This document shows, one piece after another, positions 40,292-50,260 of a DNA stretch of 64,000 bases. Under the pieces are notes generated by a model that was not told the DNA's origin, ran no database searches, and worked only from the letters and a program-made list of their open reading frames with translations. The stretch comes from Azolla caroliniana (lineage: Eukaryota > Plantae > Polypodiophyta): assembly GCA_043228905.1 (NCBI GenBank), contig JBHGNT010000003.1, positions 1,922,001-1,986,000 of the forward strand, written 5' to 3'. Every line of letters starts with the position of its first letter. Position 1 is the stretch's first letter. Made by a program: the position numbers and the translations under genes.

Positions 40292-43200
40292 CCGTTTAAT
40301 TGGAGTTGTATTAGATGCCTATATACATAACAAAGACAGACAAATATTTGGAATACTAGTAATTAAATTATTACGTACTAGAGGAAAACCATTGCCGGCA
40401 TATGTGAAATTACATTGTTTGGAATATGGGGGATGTGGAAAGAGACAAAAAAATTTATATGTTGGTTTACCAAATCAATGTTTTTTATGTAAAAGAATGA
40501 GATATTTAGCTAAGGAATGTTCCTTGTCAAGGAAAGGTCCGATACATGCTGTAAATGATGAGCCACAAATAAGTGTTGGCGGCTCTTGGGTTCATGTTGC
40601 CAAAAGACACATGATAAAAAAGACAAGTCATGATAAATCCAAATGGTAACCTAAGGATAATATATACAATTTGTTAACAAAATTATGTAGAAGATGGACA
40701 AACTCAATTGATGGAAATTTTGGGAAATACAGAAGTACCTGACTATAGGTGTCTTGGCAAGGAGATTGTGGAAGGAATACAATAAAGACCAAATGATCCC
40801 AAACTTGACGTTCAAGTATATAATAACAAACATCAGGAAGGATGTAGTTGTGAAATGGTTTTATATGCTAAGAATGCTATCATTCCGATAAATGTATCGG
40901 AAACAATGAATGGACAAGAGATTGTAGGGGAACTACAAACTAAAAATCGAGTAGTTGACATAGGACCCTTGCGTTTGTTTGAAGGGAGGTGGACAAAATC
41001 CATGTCCAAGCACTTGCCAAGGGATCATAATCCTTTCATGAATGATGCTAATGATTGGAGAACTTCCACGAAATCATTAATTGAAAAATTTCAAGAAAGT
41101 GATTGTAAGATTTCCTCTCAAAGAGTACATAAACAAACTAATGCATTTAGTAAAGATTACATAGCTTTTAGAAGAATGATTAAGTCCTAAGATATGTCTC
41201 AAGAAGACAGGAATAGATGTTTGAAAGAAAAAAGATTACTATCTAAATTTGTGTAAATATGAAGATTATTTCTTGGAATGTTCAGGGTCTTGGGAGATCC
41301 TTATGTAAACAATATAAACAGAGACTTCAACAAGAGTTGCATAAATGTATAATTGGGCAAGTGGAGATAATGATGTTACAAGAACATAATCTAAATGAAA
41401 GGCATACTAAATTCTATGGTTCATTATTGCATGGAAATTGGGAAATGTTGTGGGTTCCAACATATGGAACAACACAACTTCAAGGTGGATTATGTATGGC
41501 TATTCATGATATATGGCAAGTAAAGATGTTGGATGTAGGAAATTTGTTGCTAGGAAGAGCGCAATATGTAATCATGAAATTTCATAATAAAAAAGGTTGG
41601 CTTTCTGAATTTGTATGCTCCTAATTATTCTAGACAACTATTAAAGATGTGGATTGAGTTGGATAGTTCATTGCTAGTTGTAGATCATTGGTGTGTAGCA
41701 GGAGACTTTAATATGATTGAGGATCCTAAGGATATGAGTGGTGAAGGTGGAGTAACACTGCATGGTTTAGAATTATCAACATGAGAAAAATTTACTATAA
41801 GTAGAAGGTTGTTGGATGTTTGACATTTACTATCCTTTGGAAAATTGCATAATTCTTTAAAGTTTTCTAGGTTTGATAGAAGATTAAATGGGGCAAATTT
41901 GTCAAGAATTCATAGGATTTATGTTGAGGATTTATTTGTGGAGATAGGAGGGAGTGTTGACATTTATCCAGGTACGACTTTCTCCGATCATGCCCCAGTT
42001 GTGTTACAAGTTAATGATGGGAAAAAACGTAAGCAACAAGGGAGAATAAGTATTCCACCTGAATTGTTTACAAAACCTATAATTACTGAACAAGTTATGT
42101 ATATATGGAGACAACCTTTATTGCAAACTGGAAATGTGGAAGATAATGTGGCCTTGGCAATGTTACATATTAGTAGTTTCTTAATCTCTTGGGCTCAAGG
42201 GAAAAGGGAAAGATATACACAGAAAATTATCAGTATGCACCGTGCCTTGACATCGATGCAACATTTTCAAGAAAGGGATCCATTGTGTGAATGGACGGGA
42301 AATGCTTTACATAATGTGAAATGGGAATTAAGAAATATTGAGGACAACATTTTACAACTTCAATATCAAGCTTCTGCGTCAAAATGGACACAAGTAGGTG
42401 ACAGAGTAAACAAAATGTTTTTTTCCCAAATTGCACCGAAATGGTCGGCAATAGGGATTAAATAACTGAGGAGAGAAGATGGCTCCTTAACAGAAGATGA
42501 GTCATAAATTGTAAAAATTGCTACTAGTTACTATACTAAATTGTTGTCCATTGGAGTTGTTACCGAATCTGTTCACACAAGTAGGAAATGTGTGTGGGAC
42601 AAAATTAAGCCTAAAATCACAAACGAAATGAAGATTGCATTACTGAAGCACTTTGGCATTATGGAAATACATAATGCAATTAGAGCTTTAAGTCTTATGT
42701 CTTGTCCACGAGAGGATGGAATTACTGCACATTTTTTCCTCAAATATTGGGAATATATTGGGGAAGACTTAATGAAAGCTCAAAGAATTTTTTACACTGG
42801 GTATATGCCTCATATATAGTATGGCAGTTGGCTTGATTTATTTAATACCTAAGGGTGAAGGTATATAAGATGATATTAGAAAATGAAGACCAATAACTTT
42901 GCTAAATACAATATATAAAATCTTCGGAAAAACATTGTCATTGAGAGTGCAACCCTTCTTACATTATTTGATTCATATCACCCAAACAGGTTTTATTTAG
43001 GAAAGAAGTATACTGGATAATTTGTTCTTTTTTTGGGAAGCCATTGCCTTGGCTCGTAAAAAACAGAGGATTTAGTGATTTTGTTACTTGACTTTGAAAA
43101 AGCATATGGTCGAGCTGATTGGGAGTTCCTTCATGGTACTATTGTAAGACTGGGTTTTCCGGAGAAATGGGTGATAGGAATGTCTTCTTTGTACAATTTA

Positions 43201-44589
43201 GCGTACAATTTTGTTTTGGCAGGAGGGGTTAAAGGCGATGGGTTAAAAATTTCCCGAAGTGTATGACAAGGTTGCCCACTTGCACCATATTTATCTTTGT
43301 TTTTTGTTGAAGCGATGAGTTTGTTTTTGACTATTGAAGAGGTTGCATTGAAAGGAATAACAATGCCCCTTGATGGGACAAATGTTGTCAATGTAGAATT
43401 TGTTGATGATACAAGTTTGTATCTAGATGGTCAGATTAATAATTTGAAGAAAATGTACACAATAGTGCGAACATTTTGTATGGTTTCAGGTGCATCAATT
43501 AGTTGGAATAAATCAGTGGGGTTTTGGGCGTTGTCGAATTCCACAACTCCACAATGGAGTCCTCATCCAGATTTCCAATGGATTCCCAAGGGCACTTCAA
43601 TTAGATATTTGGGATGCCAAGTAGGTTTGAATATTTCTTCAAAAATTCAGGTTGCTTCTTTGCTATGGAAAATTAGGAAAAAACTTTTGTTTTGGAGTAA
43701 AGCTAAACTATCATTTGCGGGTAGAGTGATAGTTGTTAATCAAGTTCTGTTGTCTAGCCTATGATATATTATGTCATGTTGGAGTTTTTCCAATCATACA
43801 TGGGACAAACACAAAGATTGATCCAGAATTAGTTGTGGTTTGGTAATGATGGAAGCCATGCCAGGGCAAAGGTCTCTTGGTTCACGATTGTTAAGCCATT
43901 GGATCGGGGTGGATTAGGGATTGTAGATACATTACAATAGTCCAAAGCTTTGACTGCAAAATTGGTGATTCGAGGATTGTTGCTAGGATCAGAACCTTGG
44001 AAACAATTGTTGTTATATGAATCGCAAAAGTTTTGTCCCAAAACTGATGGGGATTGGAGGCCTAGTTTTAGATGGGCTTTTATGGAACATAACAAGTTGA
44101 CTATTGCCAGAAATTGGGAATACATATTTGTGCGATGTGTTCTTAATGCATGGAAAGGTGTTTCTCTTGATTTAGTTAAGAGATTGCCAAGAATAGAATC
44201 TGAATTCTATAGACAACCCCTGATTTGGAATTCATGGTTAACTGACTAGAGAGGATTGATGTTGGGGAGGCTAGGGCAAAATTAGATGGTGGCCCAACAC
44301 AATCTATAGGTGCATGGACAACATTTCTGTCTAAACCTATAGATAAACAAATGTTACTAATTAGTAATATAAGGGGTGGGAAGATAATGTATTATGTAAT
44401 ACAAAAACCCTTTCTAATATTTAGATGCAAAGTGGATCTGCTACACAGAAGTGAATGGTTTTATTTACTCCATTGGATGTTTTAATTGGAGTTAATGCCT
44501 ATATTGGGGAACAAGAGTGTATGATTTTTTATGTAGAAGATGATGGTAGGTTAATCTTTACACATAAGGAAAATAATTTGTTTAGGTTT

Positions 44590-45023
44590 TGTCATGATAT
44601 GGCAAGACTCGAACCCATGACCTTAGGTTATATGGGTCGAGCTCTTGACCATTAGACCATCTATTGTAATACGTAGGATATTATTTTCATTTACATTTTA
44701 TTATAGGAAATTAGTGTATATTCCAGATTTCTCTGGAACATTCTAGAAGCTTCAGGATTACTCCTGAAAACACTATAAAAGAGGGCACTAGGCATTATGT
44801 TGAACCAAATTGGTTCAACGCCAGTCTTAAGCCTTTTAGCCACCGTTGTATATTCTCTTCATATAATAAATATCTTTCTTATCATCACTCTCTCTCCCTC
44901 TCTCCCTCTCTTTCTCTCTGTCTCGCTCACTTCTTCCTTCTCTCGAAGAAGTTCCACACCTCTCATAGTACTAATCCTTCGTTTAGTACTAATTCCTTCT
45001 CTGTCTCAGTACTGTTCATGACA
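44590..45023 (+). repeat. 5' LTR of the chromovirus
   Basis: Direct repeat of 49825-50260; TATAAAA at 44774-44780. Confidence 0.97.
44605..44659 (-). promoter_or_regulatory. tRNA-like Pol III internal promoter (A box plus B box), antisense within LTR U3; also present in the 3' LTR
   Basis: Minus strand: TGGTCTAATGG (A box, 44659-44649) and GGTTCGAGTCT (B box, 44615-44605), starts 44 nt apart as in tRNA genes. Confidence 0.55.
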
Positions 45024-45025
45024 AT

Positions 45026-45037
45026 TTGAACCAATTT
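45026..45037 (+). promoter_or_regulatory. Self-priming-type primer binding site
   Basis: TTGAACCAATTT is the exact reverse complement of AAATTGGTTCAA (44807-44818), which starts 27 nt after the TATA box. There is no TGG tRNA-type PBS. Confidence 0.8.
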
Positions 45038-45096
45038 CCCTACCTTCTGTCTCTCTCATTTCCTACTAATCTTTTATTCCTCTTTTCTTTCATCCC

Positions 45097-46248
45097 ATGG
45101 CCACTGTTAGCGCTGAAGAATATCAATCTGTTTTCTCGGAATTCCAATGCTTGAAGGAGAAGTTCCATGCTTTGGAACAAGAAAACCAACGGTTGCTGGG
45201 GGATCTTCAGCAAATCTCCTTAGAAAAGCAGCAAACGCAACAACAACATGGGGAACTTGCGTTACGCGTGCAACAACTCGAAGCCACCATCGTAGCGATG
45301 CAACAACATGGGCCCGGAACACAAGGGATTCATAAAGAACCTAAGATTGGCCTTCCCACGAAGTTCGATGGAACGCGATCGCAGTTTAGAGGGTTCCTTA
45401 ACCAGGTACGATTAGTTATTCAAATGCATCCTTCCCGATATCCCACCGATGCATCACGAGTGGGTTTAGTAGGCACTTTGTTAAGTGGCTCAGCGTTGTC
45501 ATGGTTCGCTCCACTATTAGAAAAGGAATCTCCGTTACTCAACAATTTTGAAGAGTTTCTAGGTGAGTTTAAAGCATGTTTCGGAGATACTGACAGCATC
45601 AGGACCGCAATCAACAAAATCCGGCGATTACGCCAAGGTGACCGTCCAGCCTCCGCATACGCTGCAGATTTTCGCCTACTCGCCGCCGATATCCCTTGGG
45701 ATGATCAAGCGTTGATGGAGCAATTCCGTTATGGTTTACGCAACGACGTCAAGGATTTACTCTTGACCTTCCCCGAAGAGCCAAAGTCCTTAACAGAAGC
45801 AATCAGTCGCGCGGTGAGATGTGACAACCGCCTCTTTGAGCGACGTTCGGAACGACAGCTACAGATGCCGAGGGCAAGATCAGAGCCCACCTACGCCTCA
45901 GTGGTAGCAAGACCTTTTCCGAGGGAGTCATATAATGCGTCTCCAGCGAATACTCCGACTCCGATGGAGATTGACACTACACGTCGTCGAGGGCCATTAT
46001 CCGAAGAAGAAAAGCAGCGACGCCGTACAAATCGACTATGTCTTTACTACGGTGGACCAGGACATATCGCAATAAATTGCCCCCATAGGCCAAGAAGACA
46101 GGTAAACCAAATAGTCGCTAGTTCTAATTGTACTAAATCCGAACCTATTTCAGTAGGGATATCTGATAGTCCTAATAGTACTAATATCCCAGATCTAGCA
46201 AACAAATTTGATGTCCTTAGTCAGTTAGAAGAAGAGTTAAACGACTAA
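45097..46248 (+). CDS. gag: Retrotransposon Gag (coiled coil, PEG10/sushi-like capsid, Zn knuckle)
   Basis: 383-aa ORF: EPKIGLPTKFDGTRSQFRGFLNQ, LRQG..SAYAADF, FRYGLR..VKD, PTPMEID, CLYYGGPGHIAINC. Confidence 0.95.
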   Translation: MATVSAEEYQSVFSEFQCLKEKFHALEQENQRLLGDLQQISLEKQQTQQQHGELALRVQQLEATIVAMQQHGPGTQGIHKEPKIGLPTKFDGTRSQFRGFLNQVRLVIQMHPSRYPTDASRVGLVGTLLSGSALSWFAPLLEKESPLLNNFEEFLGEFKACFGDTDSIRTAINKIRRLRQGDRPASAYAADFRLLAADIPWDDQALMEQFRYGLRNDVKDLLLTFPEEPKSLTEAISRAVRCDNRLFERRSERQLQMPRARSEPTYASVVARPFPRESYNASPANTPTPMEIDTTRRRGPLSEEEKQRRRTNRLCLYYGGPGHIAINCPHRPRRQVNQIVASSNCTKSEPISVGISDSPNSTNIPDLANKFDVLSQLEEELND

Positions 46249-49200
46249 GTCCAGCCAAAATAGGAGCCGTTTGGTTGGACAGCCCTAGATTTGTGCAGCC
46301 CATTAGTGGTTCCATTCCCTCTAAGCAAGTTAGTGATGTGTTCGTAGCCCAAGTAATAGTTAGTACTAAAAGTACCCCTCCAGTACATGTCCTAGCACTC
46401 CTAGATTCCGGAGCTAACTCTTGCTTTATGGATAAGAAATTTGCTCAAGCTCATAAGATATCCCTAAGAAAACTCCAGTGTCCAGCCTCTGTAGTAGTCA
46501 TTGACGGACGTCCCATTGCTTCCGGAAATATCCTAGAAGAGTCAGAGCCCATTAATATTGTCCTAGATAACTTAGTATGTGTAGTATCATTTAATATTAT
46601 TAGTATCCCAGAACATCCTATAGTTTTAGGACTACCGTGGTTCGAGTTACATAACCCTGACATAGATTGGAGAACAAGAGAAATCCGGTGTCGACAAACC
46701 CAAGGGTCAACTCAGAAGATGGCAACCATTTCGCTACGTCAGTTTCGTAAAGAAGGGCACAAGGAGGAAATGTTCCTCTTTGCAATATCAGTAAACCCCT
46801 CCAACACCACTAAAGAAGAATCCACCGTTCAACTTCCCGAGAAGTATCGCCATTACACCGATGTGTTCGATAAAGTACAAGCCAACACACTTCCTCATCA
46901 TCGACCGTACGATTGCCCCATCGATTTACAACCGGGAAAAGAGCCGCCATGGGGACCGATCTACAATTTGTCACCAACCGAGCTGGAAGTCCTTCGGGCC
47001 TATATAGAGGAGAATTTGGAAAATGGTTTCATTCGGCATTCGAAATCTCCAGCCGGTGCGCCCATTTTCTTCGTCAAGAAAAAAGATGGATCGCTTCGTC
47101 TCGTTGTAGATTACCGTGGCTTGAATAAGGTTACAATCAGGAATAGGTATGCTCTTCCCCTTATCTCAAGTCTTTTAGAACGGATCAATGGTGCCAGGTT
47201 CTTCACGAAGATCGACTTACGGGGAGCATATAACCTCGTACGGATCCGACCAGGAGACGAATGGAAGACCGCGTTTCGCACCAGATATGGGCACTTCGAG
47301 TATACTGTCATGCCGTTCGGCCTCACTAATGCGCCGGCAGTCTTCCAGCACATGGCTAATGATATATTCCGAGATCTATTGGATGATTGTTTGATCATCT
47401 ATTTGGATGATCTACTGGTTTATTCAAAGACCCAAGAAGAACATGATTCTCATGTACTATTAGTACTAAAACGACTTCGAGAACATGGTCTGTATGCAAA
47501 GCTAGAAAAATGTAGTTTCGGGTGCAACCAAGTGGAATTTCTCGGCTACATCATTTCGTCAGAAGGCATCTCCATGGACCCAGCTAAGGTCAGAACGGTG
47601 GTAGAATGGCAGACTCCGCGTTCGGTACGGGATGTGCAATGCTTCTTAGGCTTTGCCAATTTTTACCGGAAGTTCATACAGGATTACTCAAAGATCGTTC
47701 TACCTCTCACACAACTTACCAGGAAGGGACAACCGTTCACCTGGTCTGAAGAAACAGACATGGCTTTCGAGAGTCTTAAAAAAGCATTTACATCGGCTCC
47801 AATTCTAGCTCATGTCGATCCGGAGAAACCATTCATTATCGAAGCTGACGCATCGGATTTTGCATTGGGGAGCATTCTGTCACAACAGGGGAATGATGAA
47901 AAGCTACATCCTGTGGCTTTTCACTCATGCAAGTTTGATGCCGCCGAAATCAACTACGAAATCCATGATAAGGAGCTATTGGCAATAGTGGATTCTTTTA
48001 TGCAATGGAGGCATTTTTTGGAGGGATCCTCTCATCCAGTCACCGTATTTAGTGACCACAAGAATCTTGCCTACTTTCAGGATGCTCGTGTGTTGAATCG
48101 ACGTCAAGCTCGGTGGGCCCACTTCCTCACGCGTTTCGACTTCAAAATTACATATCGTCCGGGGAGGCACCAAGGGAAGGCAGATGCATTATCACGGCGT
48201 TCGTATCTAGCACCCCGTCCCGGCGAGCCAACTTTCGATAACCAAAAACAAGTCATCTTGGGACCGGCACGATTACAAGCAACACAAATCTTTGACATGC
48301 CTATGGATTCCCGCGTTATCGATACCATACGTGAAGACTTGAAGACAGATGCGTTCGCCCAAGCTATACTAGCACAAATTGATCCCTCTCGAGCGTCGTG
48401 TTCACAGTCGCAACCACCAGGTACGGACTATCGGCAATTCAAATACCATGATGGATTACTCTTCTTTAAAGAACTTTTGTATGTTCCTAATGGTTCTTGC
48501 CGCCTTCGAGTAGTACAAAACTGTCATGACACATATACAACTGGGCATTTTGGTAGTACTAAAACATTACATTTAGTACAACGATCATTCTCGTGGCCCT
48601 GTATGCGACAATTTGTCGAGGATTTTGTTCGGACTTGTGATACATGTTGCAGAGCGAAAATGCCAAGGCATCATCCATATGGTTTATTAGAACCATTATC
48701 AATTCCAAGCAAGCCGTGGCGATCCATTGCTCTAGACTTCATCACAGATCTTCCAGTCTCTAAGGGGTTCAATGCGATTCTAACGGTGGTCGATCGATAT
48801 ACGAAGATGGCTCATTTCTTGCCATGTACTAAGGAGATCTCTAGTGAAGACACTGCCGAAATTGTCATGCGTGAAGTATGTCGGCATCATGGACTCCCCG
48901 ATAGTATCATCAGCGACCGTGGACCCCAGTTCGTGTCAAAATTCTGGAAGCACCTTTTTAACATGCTCAAGGTCACTTGTAACCTCTCTTCCGGCTACCA
49001 CCCACAAACTGACAGCCAAGCTGAACGAACAAATCAAACGTTGGAGCAGTATCTGCGGTGCTTTCTCAGCTATCATCAGGACGACTGGGCAAATATTCTC
49101 CACTTCGCCGAATTTGCCTATAACAACTCTATCCACGCATCCACTAAAGTTACGCCATTTTATGCTTATACGGGATGTCACCCCCGGTGGAGTGTACTTG

Positions 49201-49832
49201 AAACCCCAGAGGTGTCCACAAATCCGTGCGCGGAGGATCGTTTGGAGCGGTTACGCAAGATACAAGCGGATTTATCTACTCATCTCCAGCAAGCTCAACA
49301 AACACACAAGGTCTACGCGGATCGTCATCGACTTCCATCTAGTTTTAATATTGGAGATCGGGTGTGGTTGCTACGACGACACATCAAGACTACTCGCCCA
49401 TGTGAGAAGTTGGATTATCGGCGATTAGGTCCTTTCCGTATTATTGGAAAGATTAATGATGTTGCTTTTCGTCTCGATCTACCTCCTCAACTTCGGATAC
49501 ATCCGGTGTTTCATAGTTCTCTCTTCGAACCCTACCACGAGAGCACCATCCCAGAACGTCTTATCCAACCTCCACCCCCGATCGAGCTTGAAGATGGGCC
49601 GGAGTACGAGGTTGCCGCCATTCTTGATTCCAAGATTGTTCGCAACAAGCTCTACTATCTAGTCGATTGGCTAGGCTATAGTCCCAGCGAACGTACTTGG
49701 GAACCGATCGAGAATGTAACCAATGCTCGTGCTCTTCTTGAAGACTTCCATCGTCAATATCCACACAAACCGGGTCCTCAATCCAAGACGACTCGTGACA
49801 CTCGTCGTTTTAAAGGGGGGATAGTGTCATGA
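46236..49832 (+). CDS. pol: Pol polyprotein (PR-RT-RNaseH-IN-chromodomain), probably made by -1 frameshift from gag
   Basis: LLDSGA, YLDD, EADASD, HHCC zinc motif, integrase core, GPF, chromodomain YEVAAILDS..YYLVDWLGY..TWEP. The frame is open from 46221 and is -1 relative to gag. Confidence 0.95.
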   Translation, partial: VKRLSPAKIGAVWLDSPRFVQPISGSIPSKQVSDVFVAQVIVSTKSTPPVHVLALLDSGANSCFMDKKFAQAHKISLRKLQCPASVVVIDGRPIASGNILEESEPINIVLDNLVCVVSFNIISIPEHPIVLGLPWFELHNPDIDWRTREIRCRQTQGSTQKMATISLRQFRKEGHKEEMFLFAISVNPSNTTKEESTVQLPEKYRHYTDVFDKVQANTLPHHRPYDCPIDLQPGKEPPWGPIYNLSPTELEVLRAYIEENLENGFIRHSKSPAGAPIFFVKKKDGSLRLVVDYRGLNKVTIRNRYALPLISSLLERINGARFFTKIDLRGAYNLVRIRPGDEWKTAFRTRYGHFEYTVMPFGLTNAPAVFQHMANDIFRDLLDDCLIIYLDDLLVYSKTQEEHDSHVLLVLKRLREHGLYAKLEKCSFGCNQVEFLGYIISSEGISMDPAKVRTVVEWQTPRSVRDVQCFLGFANFYRKFIQDYSKIVLPLTQLTRKGQPFTWSEETDMAFESLKKAFTSAPILAHVDPEKPFIIEADASDFALGSILSQQGNDEKLHPVAFHSCKFDAAEINYEIHDKELLAIVDSFMQWRHFLEGSSHPVTVFSDHKNLAYFQDARVLNRRQARWAHFLTRFDFKITYRPGRHQGKADALSRRSYLAPRPGEPTFDNQKQVILGPARLQATQIFDMPMDSRVIDTIREDLKTDAFAQAILAQIDPSRASCSQSQPPGTDYRQFKYHDGLLFFKELLYVPNGSCRLRVVQNCHDTYTTGHFGSTKTLHLVQRSFSWPCMRQFVEDFVRTCDTCCRAKMPRHHPYGLLEPLSIPSKPWRSIALDFITDLPVSKGFNAILTVVDRYTKMAHFLPCTKEISSEDTAEIVMREVCRHHGLPDSIISDRGPQFVSKFWKHLFNMLKVTCNLSSGYHPQTDSQAERTNQTLEQYLRCFLSYHQDDWANILHFAEFAYNNSIHASTKVTPFYAYTGCHPRWSVLETPEVSTNPCAEDRLERLRKIQADLSTHLQQAQQTHKVYADRHRLPSSFNIGDRVWLLRRHIKTTRPCEKLDYRRLGPFRIIGKINDVAFRLDLPPQLRIHPVFHSSLFEPYHESTIPERLIQPPPPIELEDGPEYEVAAILDSKIVRNKLYYLVDWLGYSPSERTWEPIENVTNARALLEDFHRQYPHKPGPQSKTTRDTRRFKGGIVS

Positions 49833-50260
49833 TATGGCAAGACTCGAACCCATGACCTTAGGTTATATGGGTCGAGCTCTTGACCATTAGACCATCTATT
49901 GTAATACGTAGGATATCATTTTCATTTACATTTTATTATAGGAAATTAGTGTATATTCCAGATTTCTCTGGAACATTCTAGAAGCTTCAGGATTACTCTT
50001 GAAAACACTATAAAAGAGGGCACTAGGCATTATGTTGAACCAAATTGGTTCAACGCCAGTCTTAAGCCTTTTAGCCACCGTTGTATATTCTCTTCATATA
50101 ATAAATATCTTTCTTATCATCACTCTCTCTCCCTCTCTCTCTCTCTCTTTCTCTCTGTCTCGCTCACTTCTTCCTTCTCTCGAAGAAGTTCCACACCTCT
50201 CATAGTACTAATCCTTCGTTTAGTACTAATTCCTTCTCTGTCTCAGTACTGTTCATGACA
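49825..50260 (+). repeat. 3' LTR of the chromovirus
   Basis: Direct repeat of 44590-45023, followed by TSD GGTTT. Confidence 0.97.

Larger units (their letters stand above)
44590..50260 (+). mobile_element. Young full-length Ty3/gypsy chromovirus (Tcn1/Tf1-sushi type)
   Basis: LTRs 44590-45023 and 49825-50260 (TGTCATGA...TCATGACA) differ only by about three substitutions and a 2-bp microsatellite indel; TSD GGTTT; PPT AAAGGGGGGATAG before the 3' LTR; open gag and pol. Confidence 0.97.

Noticed and set aside
44594-44666. A functional tRNA gene in the LTR
   Set aside because: A and B boxes are present, but acceptor and anticodon stems do not pair; treated as a tRNA-like promoter module only.
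48844-49428. 194-aa overlapping ORF within pol, and antisense ORFs in the GC-rich copia (61-64 kb)
   Set aside because: No recognisable motifs; expected as shadows of long or GC-rich coding sequence.
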